64,000 bases of DNA from a virus, in IMG/VR virus record IMGVR_UViG_3300032235_000647, positions 32,001 to 96,000 of that record; one strand, given 5' to 3'. Positions 1-12,100 of this stretch are shown piece by piece. The position numbers and the translations under genes are program-made. Each line of letters opens with the position of its first letter. The first letter of the stretch is position 1. The notes beneath the pieces are model-generated. The model saw only the letters and a list, made by a program, of their open reading frames with translations, was not told the DNA's origin and searched no databases.

Positions 1-562
1 AATCACCAGCCTCTACGATTGTACCATCAGCTAATGTAACAGGTGAATCAATAGTTAAACATAGTGCAGTAGAGTTTCCATCATAGGAATCTACCGAATA
101 AACGGTCTTGGTTCTTGCAACATTATAGTTAACAGCATGTTGATTATATCCATCAGCAAAAGTTGCAGAAACTGTATGTAAAAGTACTGGTTGTAAAACG
201 GTTTGAGTTGGTGCATTTGTCATATTACCAACTGCAATACTAGCACTAACACCATTGTTTGTAGAAACTGATAATCTATCGCCACCTGTAATTCCCCAAG
301 TTACATTTCCACCTCTACTACTAATTTGTGAAAAATTAGTACCTCCTCCAGCTGTTCCTAATGTATATACTTCGGAAGTGTTTTCAACTGCGTATGTAAA
401 CCCATTAACACTACCTATTGAATCTACTGCATATGAAGATAGAGCAGTTGAAACTGCAGAACCACGAATAGTACCAAGTGAAACATTGGAATTTTGTGTA
501 TTTCCAGTTGCACCTGCAAGTGCATTAAGTGATAAAGTATCTCCGGATGTTAATGTTGGCAT
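1..562 (-). CDS. Virion-associated protein with a Hint (intein/Hedgehog-like) domain, truncated by the window edge
   Basis: Not in the ORF track. ATG at 562-560 with AGGA upstream; the frame stays open to position 2. It reads MPTLTSGDTLSLNALAGATG... and, from Cys168 (nt 61-59), CLTIDSPVTLADGTIVEAGD, a typical Hint block A. Confidence 0.75.
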   Translation of the reverse strand, partial: MPTLTSGDTLSLNALAGATGNTQNSNVSLGTIRGSAVSTALSSYAVDSIGSVNGFTYAVENTSEVYTLGTAGGGTNFSQISSRGGNVTWGITGGDRLSVSTNNGVSASIAVGNMTNAPTQTVLQPVLLHTVSATFADGYNQHAVNYNVARTKTVYSVDSYDGNSTALCLTIDSPVTLADGTIVEAGD

Positions 563-571
563 ATCTGTTCC

Positions 572-1570
572 TTATGTATTATAAATATGAAGTAATTGGT
601 CTACCCACTTTTCTTTATTTGAAAAATTATCAATCATATATGATTTAATAATATTAAACCATTTATTTTTTATTTCGTGTGGAGTTACCAATAACTTATT
701 ATAAATATCATGAAACTCGGTTTTAGTTGAAACACGATATGGATACTCTAAATCTTTACACCAATTTTTATGTATTATTGGTAATTTACCTCTATCTACT
801 GCTTCAAATATAGAATATCCAAATGGTTCGGATGTAAACGCAGAATGAGAGATACCCCAATCCATATTATAGAATATATCCTTAAATGATGAATCGTAAT
901 GATATATTTTTGATTTAGATGTATCAACTTTTGCCCCATTTTTCCAAATGGAGTTAAATTCGTGTGAATTAGTAAAAATATACGATTTTAACCCATCTAA
1001 ATAGTGTGGGTTCTTTCTACCTTCACATCTTGCGGCAAATCCTAAGTTATTTGACTCTGAAAGTGGTAAATTCCATTTAAATTCGTAAAAATTACGAATA
1101 TTCGTGTTTGGAATCAATATATCGTATAATCCTACCCAAACTGAGTGAGTTGTCCATTCATTTACTTCCTTTTCCCAACTTGAATCTAAATATGGATGCC
1201 ATCCAAGTGATGCATCAGTACCAACTTGTGATTTTATGATGTGGTCTACTGAATTGTGGAGAATATTCGAGTGAATTTTGTGTTTATTCTCTTGGATTAC
1301 CCCCATTGGGGTATAATGTCCATGTAAAATGTTAATTCTTCTCGCATTTCTACACAATTCTTCTACTTTTTGTATATCGTCTCCATGCCAGTACGCTTCT
1401 ATTGGAAATTTGTAGTCTTCGTGTCCTTTTGGCCGATTTCGGTGTAAAATAAGTATAGGTTTTACGTCTAAATATGGAGCAACCAACTCCATCCATAGAT
1501 TTACCCAAGTATCAGTACCTGCATTTACCCAAGGACCTCCACCAGTAGTGTAATAAACATCGTAAACCAT
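572..1570 (-). CDS. Glycosyltransferase, GT-B fold (GT4-like)
   Basis: C-terminal SEPFGYSIFEAVDRGKLPII matches the E-x-F-G-x-x-x-x-E motif of retaining GT-B enzymes. GFAARCEGRKNPH resembles the GR...KG donor-binding loop. Confidence 0.7.
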   Translation of the reverse strand: MVYDVYYTTGGGPWVNAGTDTWVNLWMELVAPYLDVKPILILHRNRPKGHEDYKFPIEAYWHGDDIQKVEELCRNARRINILHGHYTPMGVIQENKHKIHSNILHNSVDHIIKSQVGTDASLGWHPYLDSSWEKEVNEWTTHSVWVGLYDILIPNTNIRNFYEFKWNLPLSESNNLGFAARCEGRKNPHYLDGLKSYIFTNSHEFNSIWKNGAKVDTSKSKIYHYDSSFKDIFYNMDWGISHSAFTSEPFGYSIFEAVDRGKLPIIHKNWCKDLEYPYRVSTKTEFHDIYNKLLVTPHEIKNKWFNIIKSYMIDNFSNKEKWVDQLLHIYNT

Positions 1571-1577
1571 TTATTTT

Positions 1578-2336
1578 TTATTTTTTAACTATAATTCTAC
1601 CCGAAAAGGTACCTGAAAAAGTTATATCAAGAGCATTTACCGAAGTTGATTCTATAATTGAAGGTAATTCTTGTCTTTTTGATGAAGTATTCCATGCTTG
1701 AACTATTGGATATTCTTCATTTAAATTATGAGTAATCGTGTATGTTGAATTACCACTAACATTTACAGCATAAGTAGTCAAATCAGTAATTTGAGATGAC
1801 CCAGAAATTAATCCTGATGGTTTATTTGCAATACTTGTCCATTCGGTCGAGCCACTAACTATATGTCCACCTTTTGCAACTACAACATATCCACTATGAT
1901 TTGCAGATAATCCAATTGTTGCAGTATTATTATTCGTAAGTGTAACCGAAGATGGTATAATCTGAGTATCATTATTTTCGTATACAGAAATTAATAGATT
2001 TTTGCTATTAAAATTATGTGTTACTGAAATTGTAGATTGATTATCAAACGATGCGGTTAATGTAGCAACTTGTGAAACATCAGCAGGTGGTAAATTTGTT
2101 AATTGTGAACCATTACCAATAAAATATGATGCAGTAACATTGCCATTTACATTTATGGAACCAGTAGTTTGTGAGTTGGTGGTAACAATTTGTTGAATAG
2201 ATGATACACCATTATCTCTTTCAAAAAATATTCGGCCATCAAAAGTATTAATTGCTAACTCACCTAATTCTAAATTAGAATTAGATGGGACTTTACCTTC
2301 AACCGCTGTTCTTTTTAACTTTACTACTTGTGCCAT
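1578..2336 (-). CDS. Tail fibre-associated virion protein
   Basis: N-terminal MAQVVKLKR...GELAINTFDGRIF attachment-type domain and two 'HN(F/L)N' beta repeats; paralog of 4460..5104. Confidence 0.65.
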   Translation of the reverse strand: MAQVVKLKRTAVEGKVPSNSNLELGELAINTFDGRIFFERDNGVSSIQQIVTTNSQTTGSINVNGNVTASYFIGNGSQLTNLPPADVSQVATLTASFDNQSTISVTHNFNSKNLLISVYENNDTQIIPSSVTLTNNNTATIGLSANHSGYVVVAKGGHIVSGSTEWTSIANKPSGLISGSSQITDLTTYAVNVSGNSTYTITHNLNEEYPIVQAWNTSSKRQELPSIIESTSVNALDITFSGTFSGRIIVKK

Positions 2337-2424
2337 ATTTATGTGTTACCGATTTCATTATATAATTACTTCGGTTAAAATATCCTTATATAAGGAAGTT
2401 TTTTTTACCTTTATTTATCTATAT

Positions 2425-4416
2425 TTAAACTAATTTTGACTTTAATTCATCAATTTGTTTTTGTTGTTCTTTAATTGCCTCGATTAATAAACCAGTCAAT
2501 TTAGCATAATCAACACCTTTGAATCCATTATCTCTATTATGAACTAATTGAGGAAGAACTTCTTCAACTTCTTGAGCAATAACCCCTACATTTGGTAAAG
2601 ATTGTTGTAATTCATCGGCATTGGAGTTCCAATCCCAAGTTACACCATTCAATTTCTGAACTTTTTGGATTGGGTTTTCAATGTTTTTGATATTATCTTT
2701 TAATCTCTTATCAGAAGAAGCGTATGCAACAACATCACCTCCCACATTCAAGGCTCCACTTACACCGACACCACCCGTTACTATAAGAGCACCAGTGGTT
2801 ATTGTAGTTGAGGCAGTTGAATTAGTGATATTAACTGCAGAGGAGAATGTTTTAGCCCCAGTAAATGTTTGAGTATCACTTAGGTGGGCGGTATCTGCAT
2901 CTAAATAAGCAGAAGCGATAACTGAACCTTGCCAAGTACCTGTCCCGATTGTTCCTAATGTAGTGATTGATGTCTGTCCAACATAAGTTGATGCAATATC
3001 AACTGCATCTGCAGATACTGAAATTCTATTAGTAGTACCAACTACATTAAAAGTTCTTGAATCGGCAATCGTACCACCACCAGTTAAACCATCACCGGCA
3101 GTTAAAGTTATTGATGTGTGGTCAATGTGTCTATTTGCTGAATATCCTGTTGTTGAATCGTGAGATATTTGTGAAGACCCAGATACTAAGGTAGTGCCCG
3201 ATGCTAAAATTGTACCAGTAATTACGGTATTAGAACCGAGTGTGATTAAAGTACCGGTATCGGTAATATTTGAATCATTTAAATGTTCTTTTCCTGACCC
3301 TTTTGGTAATCTATTGTTTGTAAGATATGTTTCGTTTCCTAAATTATCATATGTTTCAGGACCCATTAGTAATACAGATGATGTTGTATTTACTCCGTTT
3401 CCTCGATGGATAAATAATAATTCATCTTGTAAAGAATCGTATAAGAATGAACCTGACCCACCCGATGAACCACTATCTACAATTGATAATCCTGCAAATC
3501 TAGATGATGGTGAAAATGTGTTTAAAGTCACAAATGAAGAACCAATAACTAAATTTGAAGATGATATATTTTGAATAGATGAAGAACCTTGTACTACTAA
3601 ATCTTGTGAAACAAATAATGAACCTGTAATGGTTTGGCTACCATTAAATATATTTGAGGAATTCGTTCTTGCGAATGAACCACTCAATGAACCCAATGTA
3701 GACCATTTAGTATCGTTTGAGGCAGTGTATAATTCTAAATTAGCAGTTTCAACTTCTAATAAGTTCAAACGTGTAATTGCACTTCCACTTGCAGTTGATA
3801 ATTGGTCTAATCTACTATTTTGAGTAGTATTAGTTGTATCATTTGAACCAGTGTATGTATTAAGTGATGTTAATATATCTACAACTTGAGATGAACCACT
3901 AACTACTGTCTCAACATTTAATCTAGTCTTAATAGTTGTATTAATAGACGATGTAAATGTCTCTAAGTTAGCAGTTTCAACTTCTAAAAGATTTAATCTT
4001 GTAATAGCACTACCACTTGCAGTTTCTAAACTTGTTAATCTGCTATTTTGTGTTGTATTGGTTGTATCGTTTGAAGCAGTATATGTAGATAATTGATTTA
4101 ATCTTGTAATAGCACTTCCACTTGCAGTTGATAATTGGTCTAATCTACTATTTTGAGTAGTGTTAGTTGTATTATTTGAACCAGTGTATGTATTTAATGA
4201 ACTTAGAATACCAACAACTTGAGATGAACCCGAAACAATTCCAGTTCCACCAAATGTTAATCCACTACCATTACCGGTAAATGTACCACCACTAAATGAT
4301 GAACCTTGATATGATCCACTAAACGAACCACTATATATACCACCTGGTGGTAAAGTGAATGTTGCACCTGGAGCAAAAACTAATGAACCTGAAATTATTG
4401 GACTATGTATAATCAT
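2425..4416 (-). CDS. Tail fibre protein with C-terminal intramolecular chaperone (Peptidase S74-like)
   Basis: Coiled-coil repeats (SRLDQLSTASGSAITRL). The C-terminus SSDKRLKDNIKNIENPIQKVQKLNGVTWDW...GVIAQEVE...VDYAKL is the S74 chaperone signature. Confidence 0.85.
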   Translation of the reverse strand: MIIHSPIISGSLVFAPGATFTLPPGGIYSGSFSGSYQGSSFSGGTFTGNGSGLTFGGTGIVSGSSQVVGILSSLNTYTGSNNTTNTTQNSRLDQLSTASGSAITRLNQLSTYTASNDTTNTTQNSRLTSLETASGSAITRLNLLEVETANLETFTSSINTTIKTRLNVETVVSGSSQVVDILTSLNTYTGSNDTTNTTQNSRLDQLSTASGSAITRLNLLEVETANLELYTASNDTKWSTLGSLSGSFARTNSSNIFNGSQTITGSLFVSQDLVVQGSSSIQNISSSNLVIGSSFVTLNTFSPSSRFAGLSIVDSGSSGGSGSFLYDSLQDELLFIHRGNGVNTTSSVLLMGPETYDNLGNETYLTNNRLPKGSGKEHLNDSNITDTGTLITLGSNTVITGTILASGTTLVSGSSQISHDSTTGYSANRHIDHTSITLTAGDGLTGGGTIADSRTFNVVGTTNRISVSADAVDIASTYVGQTSITTLGTIGTGTWQGSVIASAYLDADTAHLSDTQTFTGAKTFSSAVNITNSTASTTITTGALIVTGGVGVSGALNVGGDVVAYASSDKRLKDNIKNIENPIQKVQKLNGVTWDWNSNADELQQSLPNVGVIAQEVEEVLPQLVHNRDNGFKGVDYAKLTGLLIEAIKEQQKQIDELKSKLV

Positions 4417-4459
4417 CTCTTTTTTTATCCCTTATTTATACTATATAAATATATCTTTT

Positions 4460-5104
4460 TTAAATTGAACCACCATCTATTGTTGAAATTATCGTGGCTG
4501 CAGCAGTACCTGTTACATCACCATTTAAAGTTATTTGGGCTGAACCACTAAATACTCCAAATGAATTTACTTCATTGAGTATTGCACCACCTAATCCATC
4601 TATGTTTTGTGCAGATACTGACCCACTAACTATATGACCACCCTTTGCTACTACTACATATCCACTTTGTTGCGAAGAAAATGTTACAGTAATTGTATTT
4701 GAATCAGTAACTCTTAAAGTTTCGGGTATTGTTTGGTAATCATTTGAATCATAAACTTGAGCAATAGGATTAATTGTGTTTAGATTATGATCAACTACCC
4801 ACGTGGATTGATTTGTAAAAATTCGTTTAATTGTTGCAGATTGGTCAACGGTAATACCAGTTAATTGAGAACCATCACCTACAAAGTTAGATGCAGTTAT
4901 TGACCCAGATAAATTAACATTCCCTACAACAGCAGTATGAGTATTTGTTGTTACAAATTCAACAACCTCATCAACACTACCGCTTTTTCGTATGAATGCC
5001 TTACCATCATAAACATTTATTGCCATTTCACCAGTTTGTAATGAACCAGTTGTAGGTTTAGTACCTGTACTCGTTGACCTTTTTAATCTGATGATTTGAG
5101 CCAT
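4460..5104 (-). CDS. Tail fibre-associated virion protein
   Basis: N-terminal MAQIIRLKRS...GEMAINVYDGK domain; shares YVVVAKGGHIVSGS with 1578..2336; ends IDGGSI. Confidence 0.65.
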   Translation of the reverse strand: MAQIIRLKRSTSTGTKPTTGSLQTGEMAINVYDGKAFIRKSGSVDEVVEFVTTNTHTAVVGNVNLSGSITASNFVGDGSQLTGITVDQSATIKRIFTNQSTWVVDHNLNTINPIAQVYDSNDYQTIPETLRVTDSNTITVTFSSQQSGYVVVAKGGHIVSGSVSAQNIDGLGGAILNEVNSFGVFSGSAQITLNGDVTGTAAATIISTIDGGSI

Positions 5105-5111
5105 GTTTATA

Positions 5112-8100
5112 TTATCCTCTATTTATTTTTTCATTCAATTCTTCTACTTTGGTTGATAATTCTTTAATGCCTTCGATTAAAATTGATACTAATTTATCAT
5201 ATTTAACTGCCTTGTACCCATTATCACGATTTTCTACTAATTCTGGTAAAATTTGTTCAATTTCTTGTGCAATTACACCATAATCTTTACCTCTATATGT
5301 ATCTTGAACTTCTTCATTCCATACGAAACTATAACCACCAATTTGATTAATTTTTTGTAAAGAATTTTGTATAGGTTGAATATCATTCTTTAATCTTCTA
5401 TCGGATGATGCATAAGCTACAACATCACCACCTGCAAATATATCTCCACTTGTTCCAATACCACCACTTACTATAAGTGCTCCAGAGGTTTTATTAGTTG
5501 AGGCCGTAATATTAGTTATTGAAATAGAATCAGATGTAGTATTTCCAGCAGTTGTAACTTCTTGTAAAGTTTTCGTAATTTGACCTGACCCTGAAACTAA
5601 ATTATTAGCAGATACATTACCATTTACAACCAAATTACCATTTACTTGTGAATTTGAATTCAAAGTAATTAGAGTTCCACTATCAGAAATATTCGAATCA
5701 TTTAAGTGATGATTATCAACTGCCTTTGGTATTCTATTGGATGTTAAGTAGGTTGGTGTTCCTTTTGTTGTATATTCAGGTCCAAATATAGTTACTGCGT
5801 AATCAATTCCTGCAGAAGAGGAGTATTCATATCCCCAATCATTAGTTTCACCATCATAATAGAATGATGCAGTTGAAAGATTAGACCCTGAATCATAAAC
5901 TGATAAACCTGCATATCTTGAAGTTGGTGTATCGGTATTCAATACTATAAAAGAGTCACCAATAATTTTTGCAGTACCACTAACTGAAGTTATATAGGCA
6001 AATGAACCAGTACCATTAACAACAATATCATTAAATGTTTTTGTACCATTAATTGTTTGGTCACCATCAAGGGTTACATATCTATTATCGTATGATGATG
6101 TTAGTTGAGATGAACCAGAAACTAATGTATGAGTTCCACTTGCCTTTTCCTCATATATGTTTTGTAAAGATGATGAATTTGATTCTAACAAATCTAATCT
6201 ATTATCTACTGATTGAGAAAAATCGGTAAAGTTTGTAACAGAAGATGATAATAGTCCACTTCCACCTAAAACTTGAGAAGACCCACTCAATACACCCTCT
6301 ACATTCAATTTAGTTTTAATTGTAGTATCAATAGACGAGGTAAATCCTTCTAAATTATCTAATCTACCATCTTGTGAACCAGTATCAGATTCTAAACTAT
6401 CTAATCGTGTATCAAATGATGCAGAATCTGATAAATAAGAACCAGTGTCAAGTTTAGTTGCAATTGAATCAATCAATGACCCAGTTGCAGAGGCTAATTC
6501 AGCCTGTGTCACAAAACCACCTTCTAATGAAGATGAGAATAGTTCTAGACTATCTAAACGAGAATCTACGGATGAACTAAATGATGATATAGATGATATT
6601 ACACCATTAGTAAAGTGTAAAGATGAAGTATCCAATGTAATAGTTACATCTCCTGTTAGTCCACCACCACTTATACCATCACCTGCATTTACGGAGTTTA
6701 TATCAGCTACATTAATGACATTATCCAACACATGAACAACAAATCGTTTAACTGCTCCTGCTGATAAAATTACATTATCATTAAGACTTGATGTACTTAA
6801 ATTAACATCTAATGATGTTGTCACGTTATACCATGCAGCCGAACCTAATGAACCAGATACTTGATATATACCAACTAATTCAGCAACTGAACCACTAACT
6901 TCGTATCTACCATCTAATGATTGGGTTACTTGGGATGAACCAGAAATGATTCCTCCAATTACATTACCAGTGATAACACCACTTGTTATTGTGAAATCAA
7001 TTGTAGATGAATCAGATGAAGAAGATACTACACCTTCAGCATTTAATTTATTTTTGATTGTACTATCAATAGAAGAAGTAAAACTTTCTAAATTATTTAC
7101 TCTGTTATCATTAGATTGTGTATATGAGTTATAAAACCCATTAATTGTTTGTTGGGAGGAAGTAAATTGTTCTAGACTTGAAATTCTACCACCTTGTGAA
7201 CCTGAATCAGATTCTAATTGAGAAATTCTATTATCATGTGATTCAGATGTTAGTTCTAAATTGAGTATACGAGAACTTTGTATATCATCAGTTGTTTTTA
7301 ATGAACCAGAAAAAGTTGAAAATCCAGTTGTATCAGTTATTGTAATTTGGGATGAACCAGACACAACATCATCACCTAAAATTTCCAAATATCTAAAATC
7401 TAATGATGAAGTTATTTGTGCAGAACCAGAAAGTATATTATCACCACCTTTCAGTAATACAACAGATTCAGACCCACTTGACCCAGCAATCCATCTATCA
7501 ATAGTAGAATCCCATAACATTGATCCAGATGTCAAATTACCAGTTGCATCTTTTACATAGATACCACCTTGTGTTATTGCACCACCGTAATTTAATTCTA
7601 AAATATTTTCACCAATATTAACTTGGGTTGAATCTATTTGTGTTGTTGTTCCTTGAACTGATAAATCACCTAATACAATTAAATTAGAACCATTTACTGA
7701 AATAGCAGTTTTTAATGATGATGTGTATTGATTCAATTGTGATATTGATATATCAACGGATGCAGATTTTTCTTCCAAATTATCTAATCTACCATCTTGT
7801 GATGGCAATGTACCAACAAATGAACCACTAAATACTGATGCAGTTACACTACCCGATACATTTACATTTCCACTAAAATAAGTGGTACTTGAACTTACTA
7901 TTAATTGATTTGTATCAGCAGATATTAAATGATTAGTTCCTCTTAATTCTAAATTATCGGCTAGTATATTACCATTTACATTTATACTACCAGTTTGAAT
8001 AGTTGAACCACTCACACGAGTAGAACCTGATAATATTGTTAAACCTATATTTGTAAATGTGGATGAACCACTTACTGTTAAAGACCCACTTAAAAATATA

Positions 8101-9029
8101 TTTCCAACTTGATGAGTTGAACCACTCATAAAAATTGAACCAGTTATGGTCTGGTCACCGATAAACGTGTTAGATTCGGTAGTTGCAAAACTTAAATTAT
8201 CAACTCTTCCTGATAATGATGATGAAAAAGTATCAAAATCTGTTGTTGATGATGATAGTAATCCACTCGGTAGAGTTATTTTATCTAAAATTAATAAACT
8301 ACTATCTCCTTCAAGTGTAACATCTCCATTTATATCAACCGGCCCAACTAACATTGCATTATGACCATCTGGAACTGTAAATCCATTTAAAGTTTTTGGA
8401 TTTATATAAACTTGTGATTTTAGTGTTTCAGTTACAGTTATTGAACCAGTAATAATTTGAGAACCACTAAAAACATTAGAACCAGTAGTTGCAAAAGTTT
8501 CGTTTAAGTTTTCCTGTGAAGAAGTGAATAATTGTAAATTATCTAATCGAGAATCTACTGATTGAGAAAAATTGTTAAAGTCTGTAGCAGAAGATGATAA
8601 AATTCCACTTCCTGGCAAAGAAATATTATCTATTGATGCAGAAACTACATGAAGTTTTCTAAATCTTTTAACAGGAGAACCTATATCATCAATTCCATCT
8701 TCTTGTGGAATTAATGAACCAGTAAATGGTGCATTTACAGTAATAATATCGTTTGACCCGGTACCTAATACAATATTCCCACCAATTTGAACATTACCAT
8801 CAATTTTAGCATTACCAGTAATATTGAGGGTTGACCCAGAAATACCACCATTAATACTTAAATTTCCAGTTAAGGTAATATTACCAGTATTTGAACCCAA
8901 CTTTACAAGAGTTATTGTACCACTTGTTCCACCTACATTTAATGTATTTGAAGTTGTGTTAAAAAAAAGTTCTGATTGAGATAAACTTGGTGTGGTTGTA
9001 CCTCTTCTTAATGTTAATATTGCAGCCAT
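5112..9029 (-). CDS. Long tail fibre protein with C-terminal S74-like chaperone
   Basis: 1305 aa, Ser/Gly/Thr-rich, with DSRLDxLE coiled repeats and a C-terminal SSDRRLKNDIQPI...GVIAQEIE...VKYDKL. Confidence 0.85.
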   Translation of the reverse strand: MAAILTLRRGTTTPSLSQSELFFNTTSNTLNVGGTSGTITLVKLGSNTGNITLTGNLSINGGISGSTLNITGNAKIDGNVQIGGNIVLGTGSNDIITVNAPFTGSLIPQEDGIDDIGSPVKRFRKLHVVSASIDNISLPGSGILSSSATDFNNFSQSVDSRLDNLQLFTSSQENLNETFATTGSNVFSGSQIITGSITVTETLKSQVYINPKTLNGFTVPDGHNAMLVGPVDINGDVTLEGDSSLLILDKITLPSGLLSSSTTDFDTFSSSLSGRVDNLSFATTESNTFIGDQTITGSIFMSGSTHQVGNIFLSGSLTVSGSSTFTNIGLTILSGSTRVSGSTIQTGSINVNGNILADNLELRGTNHLISADTNQLIVSSSTTYFSGNVNVSGSVTASVFSGSFVGTLPSQDGRLDNLEEKSASVDISISQLNQYTSSLKTAISVNGSNLIVLGDLSVQGTTTQIDSTQVNIGENILELNYGGAITQGGIYVKDATGNLTSGSMLWDSTIDRWIAGSSGSESVVLLKGGDNILSGSAQITSSLDFRYLEILGDDVVSGSSQITITDTTGFSTFSGSLKTTDDIQSSRILNLELTSESHDNRISQLESDSGSQGGRISSLEQFTSSQQTINGFYNSYTQSNDNRVNNLESFTSSIDSTIKNKLNAEGVVSSSSDSSTIDFTITSGVITGNVIGGIISGSSQVTQSLDGRYEVSGSVAELVGIYQVSGSLGSAAWYNVTTSLDVNLSTSSLNDNVILSAGAVKRFVVHVLDNVINVADINSVNAGDGISGGGLTGDVTITLDTSSLHFTNGVISSISSFSSSVDSRLDSLELFSSSLEGGFVTQAELASATGSLIDSIATKLDTGSYLSDSASFDTRLDSLESDTGSQDGRLDNLEGFTSSIDTTIKTKLNVEGVLSGSSQVLGGSGLLSSSVTNFTDFSQSVDNRLDLLESNSSSLQNIYEEKASGTHTLVSGSSQLTSSYDNRYVTLDGDQTINGTKTFNDIVVNGTGSFAYITSVSGTAKIIGDSFIVLNTDTPTSRYAGLSVYDSGSNLSTASFYYDGETNDWGYEYSSSAGIDYAVTIFGPEYTTKGTPTYLTSNRIPKAVDNHHLNDSNISDSGTLITLNSNSQVNGNLVVNGNVSANNLVSGSGQITKTLQEVTTAGNTTSDSISITNITASTNKTSGALIVSGGIGTSGDIFAGGDVVAYASSDRRLKNDIQPIQNSLQKINQIGGYSFVWNEEVQDTYRGKDYGVIAQEIEQILPELVENRDNGYKAVKYDKLVSILIEGIKELSTKVEELNEKINRG

Positions 9030-9136
9030 TTATTGGATTTCCATTAATTTTATCTATAAATATATGTTAATTTAATTATTTCTTTTGAGAAATGTATATA
9101 ACATCACTTATATAAGTATAAGAAAACAAAAAGTAT

Positions 9137-9170
9137 AAAAAAAATCCCCAGCCAAGAGGAAGGGGATTTT
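9137..9170 (-). terminator. Rho-independent terminator
   Basis: Minus strand AAAATCCCC-ttcctcttggct-GGGGATTTT continuing into a T-run, just after the stop of 9190..12672. Confidence 0.75.
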
Positions 9171-9189
9171 AAAATTTAATTATATTTAA

Positions 9190-12100
9190 TTAGAATGTAC
9201 CACCATCGATAGTGTTTGAAGCTACGAATGAAGAACCATTCCATTGAATCATATCACCAGTATTTACAGCAACTACCGAAGTAAGTTCCTTAGTACCATT
9301 TGCTACTATGAATGAATTAGCACTTAAACCACCAATTGTCAAATCACCAGTGATTGAGACATCAACACCATTATCAGCAATTGTAGAATTTACTAATAAT
9401 CCGTTTGCTCCGATTACTTGAACTGAAGCAGAAGTTGGAGTTGAATTAAATCTTGCAAATTGTTTTTCCGAACCTAGTGCACCACCCATCCAATGGTCAG
9501 CTGTTGAATTCCACAACAACGAACCAGAAACGGTATTAGGGTTAGTTGCATCTTTAACTAATAAACCACCATTTGCTGCAGATGAACCATTTAGTTCGAT
9601 GATATTATCACCTAACTGAATTGTGGTTGAGTCAATAGTAGTTGTTGAACCTTGAACAAATAGATTTCCAGTTATAGTAACACTACCACCAACACTCAAA
9701 TTATTTTGAATTGAAGCAGTTGGTATTGTTACGGAATTTGGTAATCCAATGGTAACAGTACCACCATTACCTAATGTAACTGAACCACCAGTAATTTCGA
9801 TTTCATTTGTTGTACCTTGAATGGTTAATGCAGTATTTCCTTCAACTGCGGTACCCGATGTGGAACCATAATCTACTTGTAAGGAGTTATCTACACCATT
9901 TAGTGAAAGACCTATTCCTGCTAAATCAGAGTTTAAGTTGACTGCTCTTACACCATTTGTTTTAATTGAAACATTACCAGTTGTTACTGAGAAATCATCA
10001 GCATCAAATGAGGCAACACCTCTTGTAGATGTAGTAGCATTTGCAGCTGTAATTGTAATTGTATTGTTAGTTACTGCAGCTGATAATGAATTTGAACCAG
10101 TTACCAATAAAGTATCTGACAATAATGAAAGAGTGTCATTTCCAGTAGAACCACTAAGTCTTAAATCAGTAACTAAACCTGTTAATTGTGAACCATTACC
10201 TACAAATGAACCAGTAAATGTAGTTGTTCCAGTAGAATTACCAATATTATCAGCAGAAACTCTACCAGTACCAAAATTAGTTGCTTGATTAGATAATAAA
10301 GTTACAATTTGGGCAGAAGAAGAAACAACTGCATCTGCATTTAACTTAGTTTTGATTGTAGTGTCAATAGACGATGTAAATGATTCAATTCTGTTTAATC
10401 TACCAGCTTGAGAACCCGAATCGGTAGATAATTGATTTAATCTACTATCAACAGATGCAGTGTAAGTTGCAAGAGTATTATCTTTAGTTTGTTGAGAACC
10501 AGAGAAACTTTCTAATGAAGTTAATCTAGCAGACTGGGCAGTATTTACGGTTTCTAATGCACCAGTTGCAGAGGCTAATTCAGCTTGAGTAACAAATCCT
10601 GCATCAAGTGATGATGAAAATGCCTCTAAAGCAGTTAATCTTGTAATAGCACTACCACTTGCAGTTGATAATTGGTTTAATCTACTATCAACTGATGCAG
10701 TGTAAGTTGCAAGAGTATTATCTTTAGTTTGTTGAGAACCAGAGAAATTTTCTAGTGAAGTTAATCTAGCGGCTTGAGAACCTGAATCGGTAGATAATTG
10801 ATTTAATCTAGTATCAACCGAAGCAGTATATGTTGCTAATGTTGAATTTTTAGTTTCTTGAGAAGAAGTAAATGCCTCTAATGCAGTAACACGGGTTCCA
10901 ATTGAACCACCTCCACCTAATGAAGCTTCTACTGAATCTAATCTACTATCTACTGATTGTGAGAATGCTGCAGCATTACCAATACCTACAATAGATGACG
11001 CACTTACAGCACCATTAACATCTAATGCACCAGCGATAGTAATTTTAGTTGAACCAACATTTTGGGTCATGATTGAATCACCAATGTGATTTTCACCCAA
11101 AGCAACTTGAATAGACCCAGAAGTTATTCCTGATTCATTTCCAATAGTTCCTGTATTTTTAGGACCTGCAATTAAGATTGCTGAATTATATTCTTCACCA
11201 CTTCCACTTGGTTGTACATATAACCAATGGTTATTGAATGAATCCCATAATAATGAACCACTAACTCCTTGTCCTGAACCAGAATCTTGTACACTTAGCC
11301 CACCAAATCTAACAGCTGGAGTTGCAGTGTTAAGTACTATGTTATTAGTTCCAATATTTACCGAACTTCCAGTAATGTTTACTAGTGAAGACGAACCTTG
11401 AACAACTAAGTTTTGAGTAATAAATAAAGAACCAGTAATTGTTTGACTTCCATAAAATATGTTAGAACCAGTAGTTGCAAAAGTTGTATTTAAGTTATTT
11501 TGTGAAGAAGTAAATGATTGTATATTACTCAATCGATTATCAACTGAAGCAGTATAAGTTGCTAAAGTAGAATCTTTACTTTCTTGAGAAGCCGAGAATG
11601 CTTCTAATGAAGATACTCGTGAACCAATTGAACCAGCTCCACCAAGTGAAGTTTCAATCGTATCTAATCTACCATCAACTGAAGATGAGAATGATGTAAA
11701 TCCAGTTACACTACCAATTTGTACTTGAGATGAACCAGAAATTACTGTTTCAACATTTAATCTTGTTTTGATAGTTGTATTGATAGAAGATGTAAATGCT
11801 TCTAAATTAGCCGTTTCAACTTCTAATGCTGATAATCTTGTTAACGCTGAACCACTAAATGTTTCCAAATTAGCTGTTTCAATTTCTAAAAGATTTAATC
11901 TTGTAATAGCACTACCACTTGCAGTTGATAATTGGTTTAATCTACTATCAACTGATGCAGTGTAAGTTGCAAGAGTATTATCTTTAGTTTGTTGAGAACC
12001 AGAGAATGTCTCAAGTGAAGTTAATCTAGCAGACTGCGCAGTATTTACGGTTTCTAAAGCACCAGTTGCAGAGGCCAGTTCAACTTGAGTAACAAATCCA

